Source: Eledone cirrhosa
Lineage: Eukaryota
Reading direction: 5' to 3'
Length of the DNA stretch: 64,000 nt
NCBI GenBank assembly: GCA_964016885.1
Contig: OZ024754.1
Span: forward strand, 37,324,001 to 37,388,000
The notes under the pieces are model-generated. The model had not been told where the DNA came from, searched no databases, and saw only the letters and a list, made by a program, of their open reading frames with translations. This document shows, piece by piece, positions 26,533-38,386 of this stretch (position 1 is the first letter of the stretch; each line of letters starts with the position of its first letter). The position numbers were made by a program, and so were the translations under genes.

Positions 26533-27157
26533 TATATATATATATATGGAAAATGTAATGTGTTGATGGCAAGCCCTGCTATTTCAACTTGTTTACTCAT
26601 GTTGAAACGAGAAGCAAAAGGTATTTATTTACCTTAGATTTGTTTCTTAGCCTCAAACTTAAGAGTATGTCTTGTTTAATGAGGTTTTCATTCAACAGGT
26701 GGTCCATCTGAATTTTCAGGTTCATTCATTATTTGCTCACAGTAACACTTTATCTGAAAACATGTTGGCACAAGGTTTGAGATATGTGGAACAAGATATA
26801 TAAAAAGATATATATTTAAAAAAAAGAAAAGAAAATTAGTGGGATTATAATTTCTGACCTATAACTGGTTTGTGGTCATCAGATAATTTCATTCTTGCAT
26901 TCCTACATTACTGAGAAACATTTGAAATTGTATAGATTACGGGTGCTACTGTATGCTGTCAATGTTTCCTTTAATCCACTTTAATAAATTGAATTGTCAC
27001 CCAATGCTGGCAACTCTAGTATAAAACCAGATCTACTGTAATTATGACTCACTTATTTACACAGTAGATTGTATGGACAATTTATAGAGGGTTGGTTTTC
27101 TTAAAGTTTAATTTCTAACTTGTGTATGTACATATGTATGTACATATGTATGTACAT

Positions 27158-27745
27158 ATCATCATCATCATCATCAACGTTTAACGTCCGTGTTCCACGC
27201 TTGCATGGGTTTGGACGGGGGTAGTCCCACTTGATGCAAGAGTGATTGTCTTGCTCGCATAGGACTGTCTGGCAGGTTTTCTACAGTTGGATGCCCTTCC
27301 TAACACCAACCACATTTACAGTGTGGGTCTGGGAGGTTTTTACCGTGTTGCCTACACGGCCACATTACAGCGTGGACTGTGTGTTTTTTTGTCGTGACAC
27401 CTACACGATCTCGTTTGTTTCGGCCTGGATGGCGCGGCACCAACATAACTTTACATAGAACGGGGTGGTGTGGATGGGGTGGGGGTGGTGGCGAGACGGG
27501 GTGTAGTTTGTTAGAGATGCCTACTGGCAAGGCGGGTCTTCTCTATTACTGAGTACCGCCAAAGGTCTCGGTCCAGTGACATTGTCTTGGAGAGGTGTAA
27601 GTGTGTGAGGTCGGAGTTTATCAGCTCATCCCATGTTTTTCTAGGTCTGCCTATTCCGTGGCTACCGTCTATCTTTATTGCCCTGCACTTTGTAATACAG
27701 CTATCGACTTTCATGTGCATCACGTGTCCATACCAACGCAGCCTT
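27158..27745 (-). mobile_element. RTE-clade LINE 3' end (ORF C-terminus, 3'UTR and (GAT)n)
   Basis: RRLRWYGHVMHM...GRPRKTWDELINSDL...DRDLWR is a typical RTE C-terminus; the 3'UTR is the module dispersed throughout the window. Confidence 0.9.
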
Positions 27746-27849
27746 CTATGTATGTACATATGTATGTACATATGTATGTACGTATGTATGTACATATGTA
27801 TGTACGTATGTATGTACGTATGTATGTACGTATGTATGTATAGATCATT

Positions 27850-28004
27850 GGCCGTTTCGATAGGTAGACAGGTCTAGCTGTCGAAATGGCCAGAGCTCAG
27901 CCGGCGGGGTCCTGACTGTTTTCTTGTAACCCACTCTACTACCCTAAGTATTGAGTACTCTGGTGCGTTATGGTCCACCTAGCTCCTTACCACACTTCCT
28001 TTGT

Positions 28005-28008
<4 letters not shown>
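27850..28008 (+). mobile_element. family F PLE-like element (half hammerhead plus tail)
   Basis: CTAGCTGTCGAAATGGCCAGAGCTCAGCCGGCGGGGTC...GTATTGAGTACTCTGGTGCGTTATGGTCCACC. Confidence 0.55.
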
Positions 28009-28064
<56 letters not shown>

Positions 28065-28283
28065 GGCGTGTGGCTGATTGGTTAGAGAACTGGATTTGCA
28101 ATCATGAGGTTGTCAGTTCGATTCCCAGACCGGGTGATGTGTTATGTCCTTGAGCAAGACTCCTTATTCCCCGTTGCTCCTTCTACCTGGAGTTGCGGCC
28201 GATAGATAGTATTAGCAATTGGAAAGACCAACGGAAACATTGTTTCCTCGGTCCGATTTGATGAAAATTGATCAACAACTTTT

Positions 28284-28320
<37 letters not shown>

Positions 28321-28388
28321 CTATATATATATATCTATATATCTATCTATATCTATATATCTATATCTATCTATTAAAACCTACTCCA

Positions 28389-28760
28389 GCCAGTAGGCAT
28401 CTCTAACAAAATACACCCCGTCCCACCACCCCCCACCCCATCCACACCACCCCGTTCTATGTAAAGTTATGTTGGTGCCGCGCCATCCAGGCCGAAACAA
28501 ATGAGATCGTGTAGGTGTCACGACAAAAAAACACACAGTCCACGCTGTAATGTGGCCGTGTAGGCAACACGGTAAAAACCTCCCAGACCCACACTGTAAA
28601 TGTGGTTGGTGTTAGGAAGGGCATCCAGCTGTAGAAAACCTGCCAGACAGTCCTATGCGAGCAAGACAATCACTCTTGCCTCAAGTGGGACTACCCCCGT
28701 CCAAACCCATGCAAGCGTGGAACACGGACGTTAAACGTTGATGATGATGATGATGATGAT
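28389..28760 (+). mobile_element. RTE-LINE 3'UTR, near-identical inverted copy of 27158-27530
   Basis: Identical predicted 70-aa pseudo-ORFs on opposite strands (27246-27458 + and 28457-28669 -). Confidence 0.85.
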
Positions 28761-29282
28761 ATATATAATATATATATAGATATATACACACACATATATA
28801 TGTATATATAATAGCAACAAGTCTCTTGTTTATTTTCTCCTACTCCTTTAAGTTCTCTCCTCAAGATAGCTAATGATTTTTAAAGTGAGTTTCATAAAAC
28901 CCACTTAGTCAGACATCCGGATTTCAAGGCAGAACTTGTATAGTTGTTCATGTTCATTATTAACCAGCTTGTGTTGTTAGTACAGTAGTAATAACAAACT
29001 AACAAATACTAACAAAACATTGAAATAAAAAAATACAAAAAAAAAAAAAAAAAAAATCAAAACCCACCCAAAATAAAACCAAACTATAACAACAAAAATA
29101 ATGATGGTGATGATTGATAAATGGAAACAAAACTGAAGGAAGAGGAAAATCACTAACAATAATAATGATAATAACACTACTACTACTATTATTGCTACTA
29201 CTACTACTACTATTATTATTGCTACTACTACTACTACTATTGCTACTACTACTACTGCTACTACTGCTACTACTACTACGGA

Positions 29283-29317
<35 letters not shown>

Positions 29318-29978
29318 TTACTACTACCAATACCACTACTACCACCACCACTACTACTAATAATGATGATGGTGATGGTGGTGATGATGATAATAATGTT
29401 TTAAAAAACAAGGGAAACTGAAGCTGGTTTCCAGTTAGGAAAGTAATTGCCGCGGCTGCCGTAGAATATGCTGAATATTAGATCTATAGTAATCAAATGA
29501 AGGGTGTTAATACACAAATCAATAATACATTAACATCCTAAAAGCATTCTAGCATTGTAAAGTGCTTTCGACACTTCCCTCTTATTTCAAATAACACAGT
29601 TATATAGGGTTTCTCTCTAGAACTAGAATCTTCAATCCCTCAGGCTATTTTTCGCATTTAGCTTTTCTATGTGTTGTTTTGGTTTTCTGTTTGTGCTTTT
29701 GTTTTGTTTTTGTCCCCTTCTTATTCCTTATTTGTTTGGCTTCATCTTCTTTTCCTTCTAGAGGACATTTGACCCTAAACTTCAAACTGTTTTGTTGTTC
29801 AAGAGATGTCTTGTTAAACTTTATAGACTTTGAAGAGAACATGGCGAAATATATTATTAGCCACCTTATATCTCTCTAACTTTCTATTTTTCCGCCTGCC
29901 GAGGTGTCTATCTGTCTACCTGTATCTATCTATCTATCCATCTACCTGTCTATCTATTTACCTACTTATCTATCTATC

Positions 29979-30320
29979 AGGATGGAGAGAGAGGTGCTGT
30001 ACCCCAGCAAGTTTTATGAAAGGTGGGTGAAAGTGGCGAGAATGGCCCGAGTGAATGGGCCTTCTCTCTATATCAGCCTGTAGGTTGAGGAAAAAGAGGA
30101 AGAGTGGAAAGGGGTACAAACTCTTCGTACTCCTGGAGATGAGGGTTGCACATTTTTTCGGGGGTATGTGTTACCCATATGTAATGTCTCCCCCTATTGG
30201 GTAAAATCGATTGGTTTTTTAAATTGCATTTGTGATAGTATTTTACACGTTTTTATTGTATGTAAACTTCCCCTTTGTATTTGTCCCCTTCTTTTGTGCC
30301 CCTGTGGCTAATAAAGAAAC
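29979..30320 (+). mobile_element. Tx1/L1-like LINE 3' end inserted in (ATCT)n
   Basis: RMEREVLYPSKFYERWVKVARMARVNGPSLYISL* (stop at 30081-30083; the F..RW motif is typical of L1/Tx1 ORF2 ends), ~230-bp UTR, AATAAA, flanked by TCTA repeats. Confidence 0.6.
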
Positions 30321-32512
30321 ATATCTATCTATCTACCTCTCTATCTATTTACCTACCTATCTACCTACCTATCTACCAATTTAGCTACTTACCTTTCTAT
30401 CTATTTATCTACCTATCTACCTACATATCTACCAATTTAGCTACTTACCTTTCTATCTATTTACCTACCTATCTATTTACCTTTCTACCAGTTTAGCTAC
30501 TTACCTTTCTATCTATTTACCTACCTATCTATCTACCTATCTACCAATTTAGCTACTTACCTTTCTATCTATTTATCTACCTATCTATCTACCTATCTAT
30601 TTATGTATACCACTTTTTCCAGCTACCAAATAAAGTACACCATACTTTCCATCTACCAAATTAGGTACAATTTACTTTCTATCTACCAAATTTCAGTCAC
30701 AAGTCTATGATTCACCTGGGGCTTACTATATAATTTACAAATCAGAATGGAGTGCAGTGGGATTAGATCTAAAGCCACATGGTGTTAAGGCCAACTTTAT
30801 ATGGTACCTAAACATCTTCAATGCTGCAAATTATTTCTCTTTCATGAATAATTGTTTGATAAGTTTAATTTCTAGAATCGTTAGAATGTGGGATAGAATG
30901 GTTTGTGGTATTTGTTCTGGCTTTCTGCTATCTCAGTTCAATCTTGCTAAACTTTGATTTTCATCCTTTTGAGATCGATTAAAAAAAGTACCAGTCAAGT
31001 ACTGGGGTTGATTCTTCCTTTATATCTCTTTCTCACTTCCATTCTATCACTCTCTCTCTCTCTCTCCTTCTCTGGAAGAAATCTGCTGTATTCAGACCTG
31101 GAGAGGAGATGAGCTCCATCAGGTTTAAAAACACCCTAGAAATGCTGTATGTCAATACAGTACCCCTATAACTCACCCAGAAGTTGCAACTTGAACAACA
31201 TTTAATAAATATATATTATTACAGTAAAGTGGTTGTGTAGGTGTCACGACAAAAAATACCCAGTCCACACTGTAAAGTCGTCGTGTATGGGCTCCACCAG
31301 GTTTAAAATGCCCCCCAAAACGCTGCATATGCCCCCCCCCCTGTAACTCCAACAGGATCTGCAGGATTATCACATCATACAGTACTTGTAGTGTGGTGCC
31401 AGGTGTATGTTGGATTTCCATTGGTTCAAATTAAAAGAATTCCATTTTTATGACAAATGGAATAGCCTACTCATGAAATTGACATTCAAGTGACTGCGCA
31501 TTCTACAGTCACTTATACCCTTAATGCAATTCTAAAGGAGATTCAGTGCAACACAGTATGTGAGATGGCTGACCCTTTAAATTACAGGTACAACTAATTT
31601 TTTTCTGGCTGAGTGGACTGGGACAACATGAAATAAAATGCCTTGTTCAAGAACACAACAAGATCTCAGGAATTGAACTCATGACGTCAGGATGACCCTA
31701 AATACTAAGCCACACATACCTTTACTGTGATGCTAAGTAAAGATATAAATATTGCTAGACTTTAGCTTAGAGTTATCTAACTGTCCTCATAGATGTTGCT
31801 GCTACTGTTACTGCTTTTGCTGCTGCTGTTGTTGTTGTTGTTGGAGCTACTGCTGTTGCTGCTGCTGTTGTTGTTGTTCTTCAGATTTATATTTGAATTA
31901 TTTATACACTGTCAGATTTGCTTTTAAGATTATTGCTTTAACAAATTTTATTTTTACCATTTCCACACAGAAAAATGTCTGTTTTAGTTGATGGCCCCAG
32001 GGAAAAAAAATCTGGAATAATTCAATTCCTACATTTAAAAAAAAAATTATTTTAATAATTGAACACAAAAAAAAAAAAAAAAAAAAAAAATAACACTTTC
32101 ACTGACTAAAATATCTAAGAATAGAACAGAATTAAATTTTAAGAACTTGCCCCAAATAAAGGGTGTCTGTAATATCTTATAAACTGTCATAATTACAAGT
32201 TCTTAGAGACTAAAAAAAAAACTCAAAATAAATAGGAATGGTAGAGGAGGAGGAATGGGGGGGGGGGGGGGGGGCTGTGTGGTATTCATACATTGTTTTA
32301 GGATATTAGCTGGGTAAGTGAGGTGGTTTTACATAATCAAAACTCAAACTATTCTCTCTTATGAAAAGATTATGTCCATAACATTCAATATTAGAAATAA
32401 CAAAAGTAGAGGAGATATATTTTTTGATCAGAGATATTGTGATTCCAGCTATTGATTTTTTTTTTTTTTATTCCGCTAGTCTACATATTATACATATACA
32501 ATGATATATATA

Positions 32513-32903
32513 TCATCATCATCATCATCATTTTATGTCCGCTTTTCCCTGCTTGCAAGGGTGGGACGGGAACTGATTCTGGCTTGATTTCTACAGCTGG
32601 ATGCCCTTCCTAACACCAACCTCATTTACAGTGAGTGCTGGGGGCTTTTTTTCCATGGCGCCGACACATCCACTTTACAGTGTGGGTTGGGTGCTTTTTT
32701 TGCCGTGGCACCTCCACGACCACTTTGCAGTGGAATGATATGGACCCCAGTCCCTATCATCTCATTTCTACAGCTGAGTAAACTGGAGCAACGTGAAATA
32801 AAGTGCCTTGCTCAAGGAAACAACACATCACCCGGTCTGAGAATTGAACTCACAACCTTTCGATTGCAAGGCCAATGCTCTAACCACTAAGCCATGTGCC
32901 TCC
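32513..32903 (-). mobile_element. full-length tRNA-SINE with RTE tail
   Basis: Reverse complement of the 41360-41690 type. Confidence 0.85.
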
Positions 32904-32914
32904 ATATATATATA

Positions 32915-33004
32915 AATGAAAAGATTCAGGACTCCGACGGCTGAGCTCCGGCCATTTCGACAGCTAGATCCAAATTGGTGGGTTATGGTCCACCTGGTAT
33001 TTTA

Positions 33005-33008
<4 letters not shown>
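32915..33008. mobile_element. family F fragment (inverted half hammerhead plus tail)
   Basis: GACTCCGACGGCTGAGCTCCGGCCATTTCGACAGCTAG...TTATGGTCCACCTGG. Confidence 0.5.
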
Positions 33009-33037
<29 letters not shown>

Positions 33038-33040
<3 letters not shown>

Positions 33041-33255
33041 CACCCAGCCCACACTGTAAAGTGGACGTGTAGGCGCCACGAAAAAGCACCCAGCATTCAC
33101 TGTAAATGAGGTTGGTGTTAGGAAGGGCATCCAGCTGTAGAAATCAAGCCAAATCAGTTCCTGTATGAGCAAGGCATGGTCAGCCGACCAGACACTGCCC
33201 ACAACAGGACAACCCGTCTAACCCAAGCTAGCGTGGAAGAACGGACATAAAACGG

Positions 33256-33285
<30 letters not shown>
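33038..33285 (+). mobile_element. RTE-tailed element fragment
   Basis: Near-identical inverted copy of 19598-19835. Confidence 0.75.
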
Positions 33286-33286
<1 letters not shown>

Positions 33287-33463
33287 ATATAAGGAAAATG
33301 ATTAAAAAAAAAAAGGTTTGATGATCCAAAACAGAGAAAGCAGACTTTGCTAACATCAATTTGTTATACACGTTATAAAGATCCTTTATAAATATATACC
33401 AGGTGCACTTTTCAAAGCCTTTTCATTATCATTTTCTAACGTCCACACTTTTTTTCACTACAA

Positions 33464-33583
<120 letters not shown>

Positions 33584-34124
33584 ACATTATCAAGTAACTG
33601 ACTTTCAATCTGGTCTAAGATACCCCTGCTTTTCTTTCTGTTAGAAAATTCCAACTGAACATTGCAGTTTCCATTTGTTCCTACCACCATCACCACTCCC
33701 CACTGCAGCTCAACCCCATCCCCACCACAGCCACCTATACCACCACCACCACCACCCTCACCACCATGTCAAACAAATCAATATCAATGATATTCCATTA
33801 TATCTCAAGATAGCCATTTGATAAAATAATCTATATTATGAAAGCTCATACCTATTATCAAAACACTATACTGCTGTGAAGTTAGTGAAGTGAAAGTAAC
33901 AATTCCCAACACTGCCATATATATGTTTACTTTACACATTCTTTTATTGATTCATTTATTCATTAATTAGACTGGAGTCATATGGGTAAGCCTGTGGTCG
34001 TAGTGAGATGCCTGTGGTTATATTTTAATATCTGCAGTCATATTGACGTTTTGTGGCCGTGTTAAGGTGTTTGTGTTTGTGTTGTGATGTGATGATGCAA
34101 TCATGTTCACATACCTGCAGTACC

Positions 34125-34800
34125 TGTTGAGGTACTTGAAGTCCTGTTGAGGTACTTGTGGATATATTGAGGTAGTGAGGTGACGAGGAGGTACTTGTGG
34201 ATATATTGAGGTAGTGATGTCATGAGGAGGTACCTGTAGATATATTGAGGTAGTGAGGTCATGATGAGGTACTTGTGGATTTATTGAGGTAGTGATGTCA
34301 TGAGGAGGTACTTGTAGAGGTAGTGAGGTCATGGTGAGGTACTTGTGGATATATTGAGATAGTGAGGTCATGATGAGGTACTTGTAGATATATTGAGGTA
34401 GTGAGGTCATGAGGTGGTACTTGTAGAGTTAGTGAGGTCATGAGGAGGTACATATGGATATATTGAGGTAGTGAGGTCATGATGAGGTACATATGGATAC
34501 AGTGAAGTAGTGGGGTGGGATGAGGTACTTGTGGATATATTGAGGCAGTGAGGTCATGATGAGGTACCTGTAGATATATTGAGGTAGTGAGGTCATGATG
34601 AGGTACTTGTGGATATATTGAGGTAGTGAGGTCATGATGAGGTACATATGGATACAGTGAGGAGGTACTTGTGGATATATTGAAGTACCTGTCATTTTAT
34701 TGAGGTAGTGAGGTTGGGATTAGGTACCTGTAGATATATTGAGGTAGGGAGGTTGTGATGAGTTACCTGTGGATATATTGAAATACCTGTGGTCTTGTTA
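34125..34800. repeat. ~39-bp minisatellite
   Basis: Unit GAGGTACTTGTGGATATATTGAGGTAGTGAGGTCATGAT, with shorter variants. Confidence 0.9.
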
Positions 34801-34874
34801 TGGTACTGCAGTCATATTGAGGAACTGTGGTGATGTTGTGATACCAGTGGGTATATTGTGGCCATGCAGTGATA

Positions 34875-34921
<47 letters not shown>

Positions 34922-34924
<3 letters not shown>

Positions 34925-35250
34925 TCATCATTTCATTTTACGTCCGCTTTCCCTGCTTGCAAGGGTGGGACGGGAACTGATTCTGGCTGGATTTCTACAG
35001 CTGGATGCCCTTCCTAACACCAACCTCATTTACAGTGTGGGCTGGGTGCTTTTTTGCCATGGCACCTCCACGACCACTTTGCAGTGGAATGATAGGGACC
35101 CCAGTCCCTATCATCTCATTTCTACAGCTGAGTAAACTGGAGCAATGTGAAATAAAGTGTCTTACTCAAGGAAACAACACATCACCCGGTCCGAGAATTG
35201 AACTCACAACCTTTCGATTGCAAGGCCAATGCTCTAACCACTAAGCCATG
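34922..35250 (-). mobile_element. tRNA-SINE with RTE tail
   Basis: Same family as 41360-41690. Confidence 0.85.
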
Positions 35251-35261
35251 TATATATATCA

Positions 35262-35452
35262 AGTTTATCCCGGGTTCAATCGGGGGTAACCACAGTAAGT
35301 AAAGTACTCAATACAAAGCAGAGTATAAATATTTAATATAGAAAGGCTTCTACAGGACTAGAACTGTTTCATTCGGGAGAAATCATCAGGCTTCCTGTTG
35401 ATTTCTCCCGAATGAAACACTTCTAGTCTTGTAGAAGCCTTTCTATATTAAA
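35262..35452. mobile_element. palindromic family D element with two hammerhead copies (one with core mutation CTGTTGA)
   Basis: Arms about 35332-35389 / 35394-35452, plus tail on the minus strand. Confidence 0.75.
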
Positions 35453-35455
35453 CAT

Positions 35456-35790
35456 ATCATCATCATCGTTTAACGTCTATCTTCCACGCTAGCATGGGTT
35501 TAGACGGGAATGGTCCCACTTGAGGCAAGATTGATTGTCTTGCTCGTATAGGACTGTTTGGCAGGTTTTCTACGGCTGGATGCCCTTCCTGACACCAACC
35601 ATTTTTTACAGTGTGGACTGGGAGGTTTTTACCGTGTTACCTACACGGCCACATTACAGCGTGGAGTGTGTGTTTTTTTGTCATGACACCTACACAATAT
35701 CATTTATTTAGGACTGGGTGTTGTGGGTGGAGGTGGGTGGAGTTGCGGTAGTGGGGGGGGGGAGGTGCGGTAGTGGGAGGGGGGGGGTTA
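35456..35790 (-). mobile_element. RTE-LINE 3'UTR fragment
   Basis: (CAT)nCGTTTAACGTCTATCTTCCACGCTAGCATGGG...; colinear with the 27158 family. Confidence 0.75.
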
Positions 35791-35825
35791 AACTAATATA
35801 TTTCTTCATTGTACTGTGTTATTTG

Positions 35826-35866
<41 letters not shown>

Positions 35867-35884
35867 ACCAATAATGCACCTTAC

Positions 35885-35915
<31 letters not shown>

Positions 35916-35944
35916 TCTTTCATTCTACTGTGTTATTTGCTGCT

Positions 35945-36027
<83 letters not shown>

Positions 36028-36081
36028 TATATGTGTGTGTTACACTAACATATTTATTCATTGTACTGTGTTATTTGCTGC

Positions 36082-36118
<37 letters not shown>

Positions 36119-36829
36119 TAAATATATATATATATATATATACATTAAATATTTATATATATATATACAATAAATATTTATATATATATATATACAATAA
36201 ATATATATATATATATATATATACAATAAATATTTATATATATATATATATACAATAAATATTTATATATATATATATATATACAATAAATATTTATATA
36301 TATATATACAATAAATATTTATATATATATATATACAATAAATATTTATATATATATATATACAATAAATATTTATATATATATATATACAATATATACA
36401 ATATATACAATATATATATATATATATACACAATAAATATTTTTATATATATATATATACAATATATACAATATATATATATATATACACACAATAATAA
36501 TAATAATAACACAGATAGTAGCAGCAGCAGCAGCAGAATCGAAAACGTTATTGATATAGCTAGCATCTTTCCAGCAGGTGTAATGTGAGATTTACAGCTA
36601 TTTTACATATATTATTAACACAGCTTCAATCCTAAACAGCAGAGATAGATGTATTTACTATAAAATATGTGCAATTTCCCATTCTAGACATGTGTGATAA
36701 AATTATAAAATAGTCATGGATGATTGAACCCAAGCAATGAAGTCAGGTAATCACTGATATATCTATACCTGTAGCAATGTATAGGCATCTACACTTACTG
36801 ACTATATACACACATGCGTGTATATATAA

Positions 36830-36869
<40 letters not shown>

Positions 36870-36954
36870 TGTGTGTATATATGTATTTGTAAATATATAT
36901 ATATTTATATATACGATATTAAACAAATGGAAACTATATTTATAAAACCATATT

Positions 36955-37020
36955 TATTTCATTATACATATTTCAGGGATACCATATTAAGAATATGGCA
37001 TGTCTTCTTCAGATAAAATA
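36955..37020 (-). ncRNA. type-I hammerhead ribozyme (family E)
   Basis: Inverted copy of 37165-37230. Confidence 0.72.
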
Positions 37021-37164
37021 CAATATATAAGCAGTTTTATAAATAAATTTGACGTACCATAAGATATTGATCAACTTCCATTTAAAAAAGTTGGGTTTTT
37101 TAAATGGAAGTTGATCAATATCTTATGGTACGTCAAATTTATTTATAAAACTGCTTATATATTG

Positions 37165-37230
37165 TATTTTATCTGAAGAAGGCATGCCATATTCTTAATA
37201 TGGTATCCCTGAAATATGTATAATGAAATA
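37165..37230 (+). ncRNA. type-I hammerhead ribozyme (family E)
   Basis: TATTTTAT CTGAAGA AGGc ATGCCATATT ctt AATATGGTAT cCCT GAAA tatgta TA ATGAAATA. Confidence 0.75.
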
Positions 37231-37468
37231 AATATGGTTTTATAAATATAGTTTCCATTTGTTTAATATCGTATATCTACTCCAAAACTTGTTGAGTGCT
37301 TTATATCAGTTATAAAATATTTACTCGTTGTAACCCAACAATTTTAAATAAAACTTTTGCATATATATTTATATATATATATATATACGTTATTCCGGGT
37401 TGAATCGGAGGTAACCACAGTAAGTAAGGTACTCAATACATAGCAGAGTATAACAGTTTTAATATAGT

Positions 37469-37517
37469 GATTCCTGATGATTTCTAATGAATGAAACAGT
37501 TCTAGTCCTGTAGAATC
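37469..37517 (+). ncRNA. type-I hammerhead ribozyme (family D variant)
   Basis: GATTC CTGATGA t-TTC taat GAA-t GAAA CAG ttctagtc CTG TA GAATC; stem I covaries with the GGCTTC/GAAGCC copy. Confidence 0.8.
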
Positions 37518-37554
37518 TCATCTATATTAAAACTATATATATATATATATATAT

Positions 37555-37674
37555 GTTTACGGCCATATCACACTGAAAACACTGGTTCTCGTCCGATCAC
37601 CGAAGTTAAGCAACGTCGAGCCTAGTTAGTACTTGGATGGGTGACCGCTTGGGAGCCCTAGGTGCCGTAAGCGT
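37555..37674 (+). rRNA. 5S_rRNA: 5S rRNA sequence, full length, dispersed; head of a retroposed 5S-RTE chimera
   Basis: GTTTACGGCCATATCACACTGAAAACACTGGTTCTCGTCCGATCACCGAAGTTAAGCAACGTCGAGCCTAGTTAGTACTTGGATGGGTGACCGCTTGGGAGCCCTAGGTGCCGTAAGCGT; box A and box C present; helix I pairs. Confidence 0.95.
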
Positions 37675-37725
37675 TTAATTAGTCCCACCCTTGCAAGCAG
37701 GGAAAAGCGGACGTAAAATGATGAT
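37555..37725 (+). mobile_element. 5S-derived SINE (SINE3-like) or 5S-RTE chimeric retrocopy
   Basis: 5S is followed directly by GTCCCACCCTTGCAAGCAGGGAAAAGCGGACGTAAAATGATGAT, the tail of the RTE LINE at 44850-44905 and of the tRNA-SINE at 41647-41690. Confidence 0.8.
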
Positions 37726-37755
37726 ATATATGATGTGTGTGTATATATGTATTTG

Positions 37756-37790
<35 letters not shown>

Positions 37791-37794
<4 letters not shown>

Positions 37795-37991
37795 CAGAGT
37801 ATAAAAGTTTTAATATAGATGAGATTCTACAGGACTAGAACTGTTTCATTCTTTAGAAATCATCAGGAATCTCTAAAGAATGAAACAGTTCTAGTCCTGT
37901 AGAATCTCATCTATATTAAAACTTTTATACTCTGCAATGTATTGAGTACCTTACTTACTGTGGTTACCTCCGATTCAACCCGGAATAACGT
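37791..37991. mobile_element. palindromic family D element; intact hammerhead on the minus strand at 37821-37873
   Basis: Arms 37791-37857 / 37872-37938; minus strand GAGATTC CTGATGA tttctaaagaat GAAA CAG ttctagtc CTG TA GAATCTC. Confidence 0.8.
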
Positions 37992-38017
37992 ACTATATAT
38001 ATATATATATATATATA

Positions 38018-38165
38018 TAACAAAGGAAATGTGGTAAGGAACCAGGTGGACCATAACGCACCAAAGTACTCAATACTTAGGGTAGTAGAGTGGGTAATAG
38101 GAACGAGTAGGACCAGAATTAGCCATCGAAACGGTTTGAGTTCAGCCGTCGGGGTCCTACTCGTT

Positions 38166-38170
<5 letters not shown>
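38018..38170. mobile_element. family F element (tail plus inverted half hammerhead)
   Basis: ATAGGAACGAGTAGGACC / GGTCCTACTCGTTCCTAT arms around GAAACGGTTTGAGTTCAGCCGTC. Confidence 0.6.
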
Positions 38171-38204
<34 letters not shown>

Positions 38205-38224
38205 GTAATCTGTTATTTTAATAA

Positions 38225-38278
<54 letters not shown>

Positions 38279-38350
38279 ATATGTATATATGTATATATAT
38301 GTAAATATGTATATATATATATATATAAATGTGTATATATGTATATGTAA

Positions 38351-38386
<36 letters not shown>

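Larger units (their letters stand above)
36909..37362. mobile_element. palindromic PLE-like element (family E) with 181-bp arms and a 6-nt loop
   Basis: 36909-37089 is the reverse complement of 37096-37276 (1 mismatch seen); tail extends to about 37362; a hammerhead lies in each arm. Confidence 0.85.

Noticed and set aside
26841-26884. Minus-strand CTGATGA...GAAA hammerhead candidate
   Set aside because: Stem I is only 2 bp, stem II is not properly closed, and there is no microsatellite or element context.
29400-29600. Unique islands resembling conserved non-coding elements (also 13250-13460, 60080-60300, 62530-62880)
   Set aside because: Only compositional impressions; conservation cannot be assessed without alignments.
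37555-37674. Member of a canonical tandem 5S rDNA array
   Set aside because: Single copy, no spacer repeat, no T4 terminator, and fused to a LINE tail.
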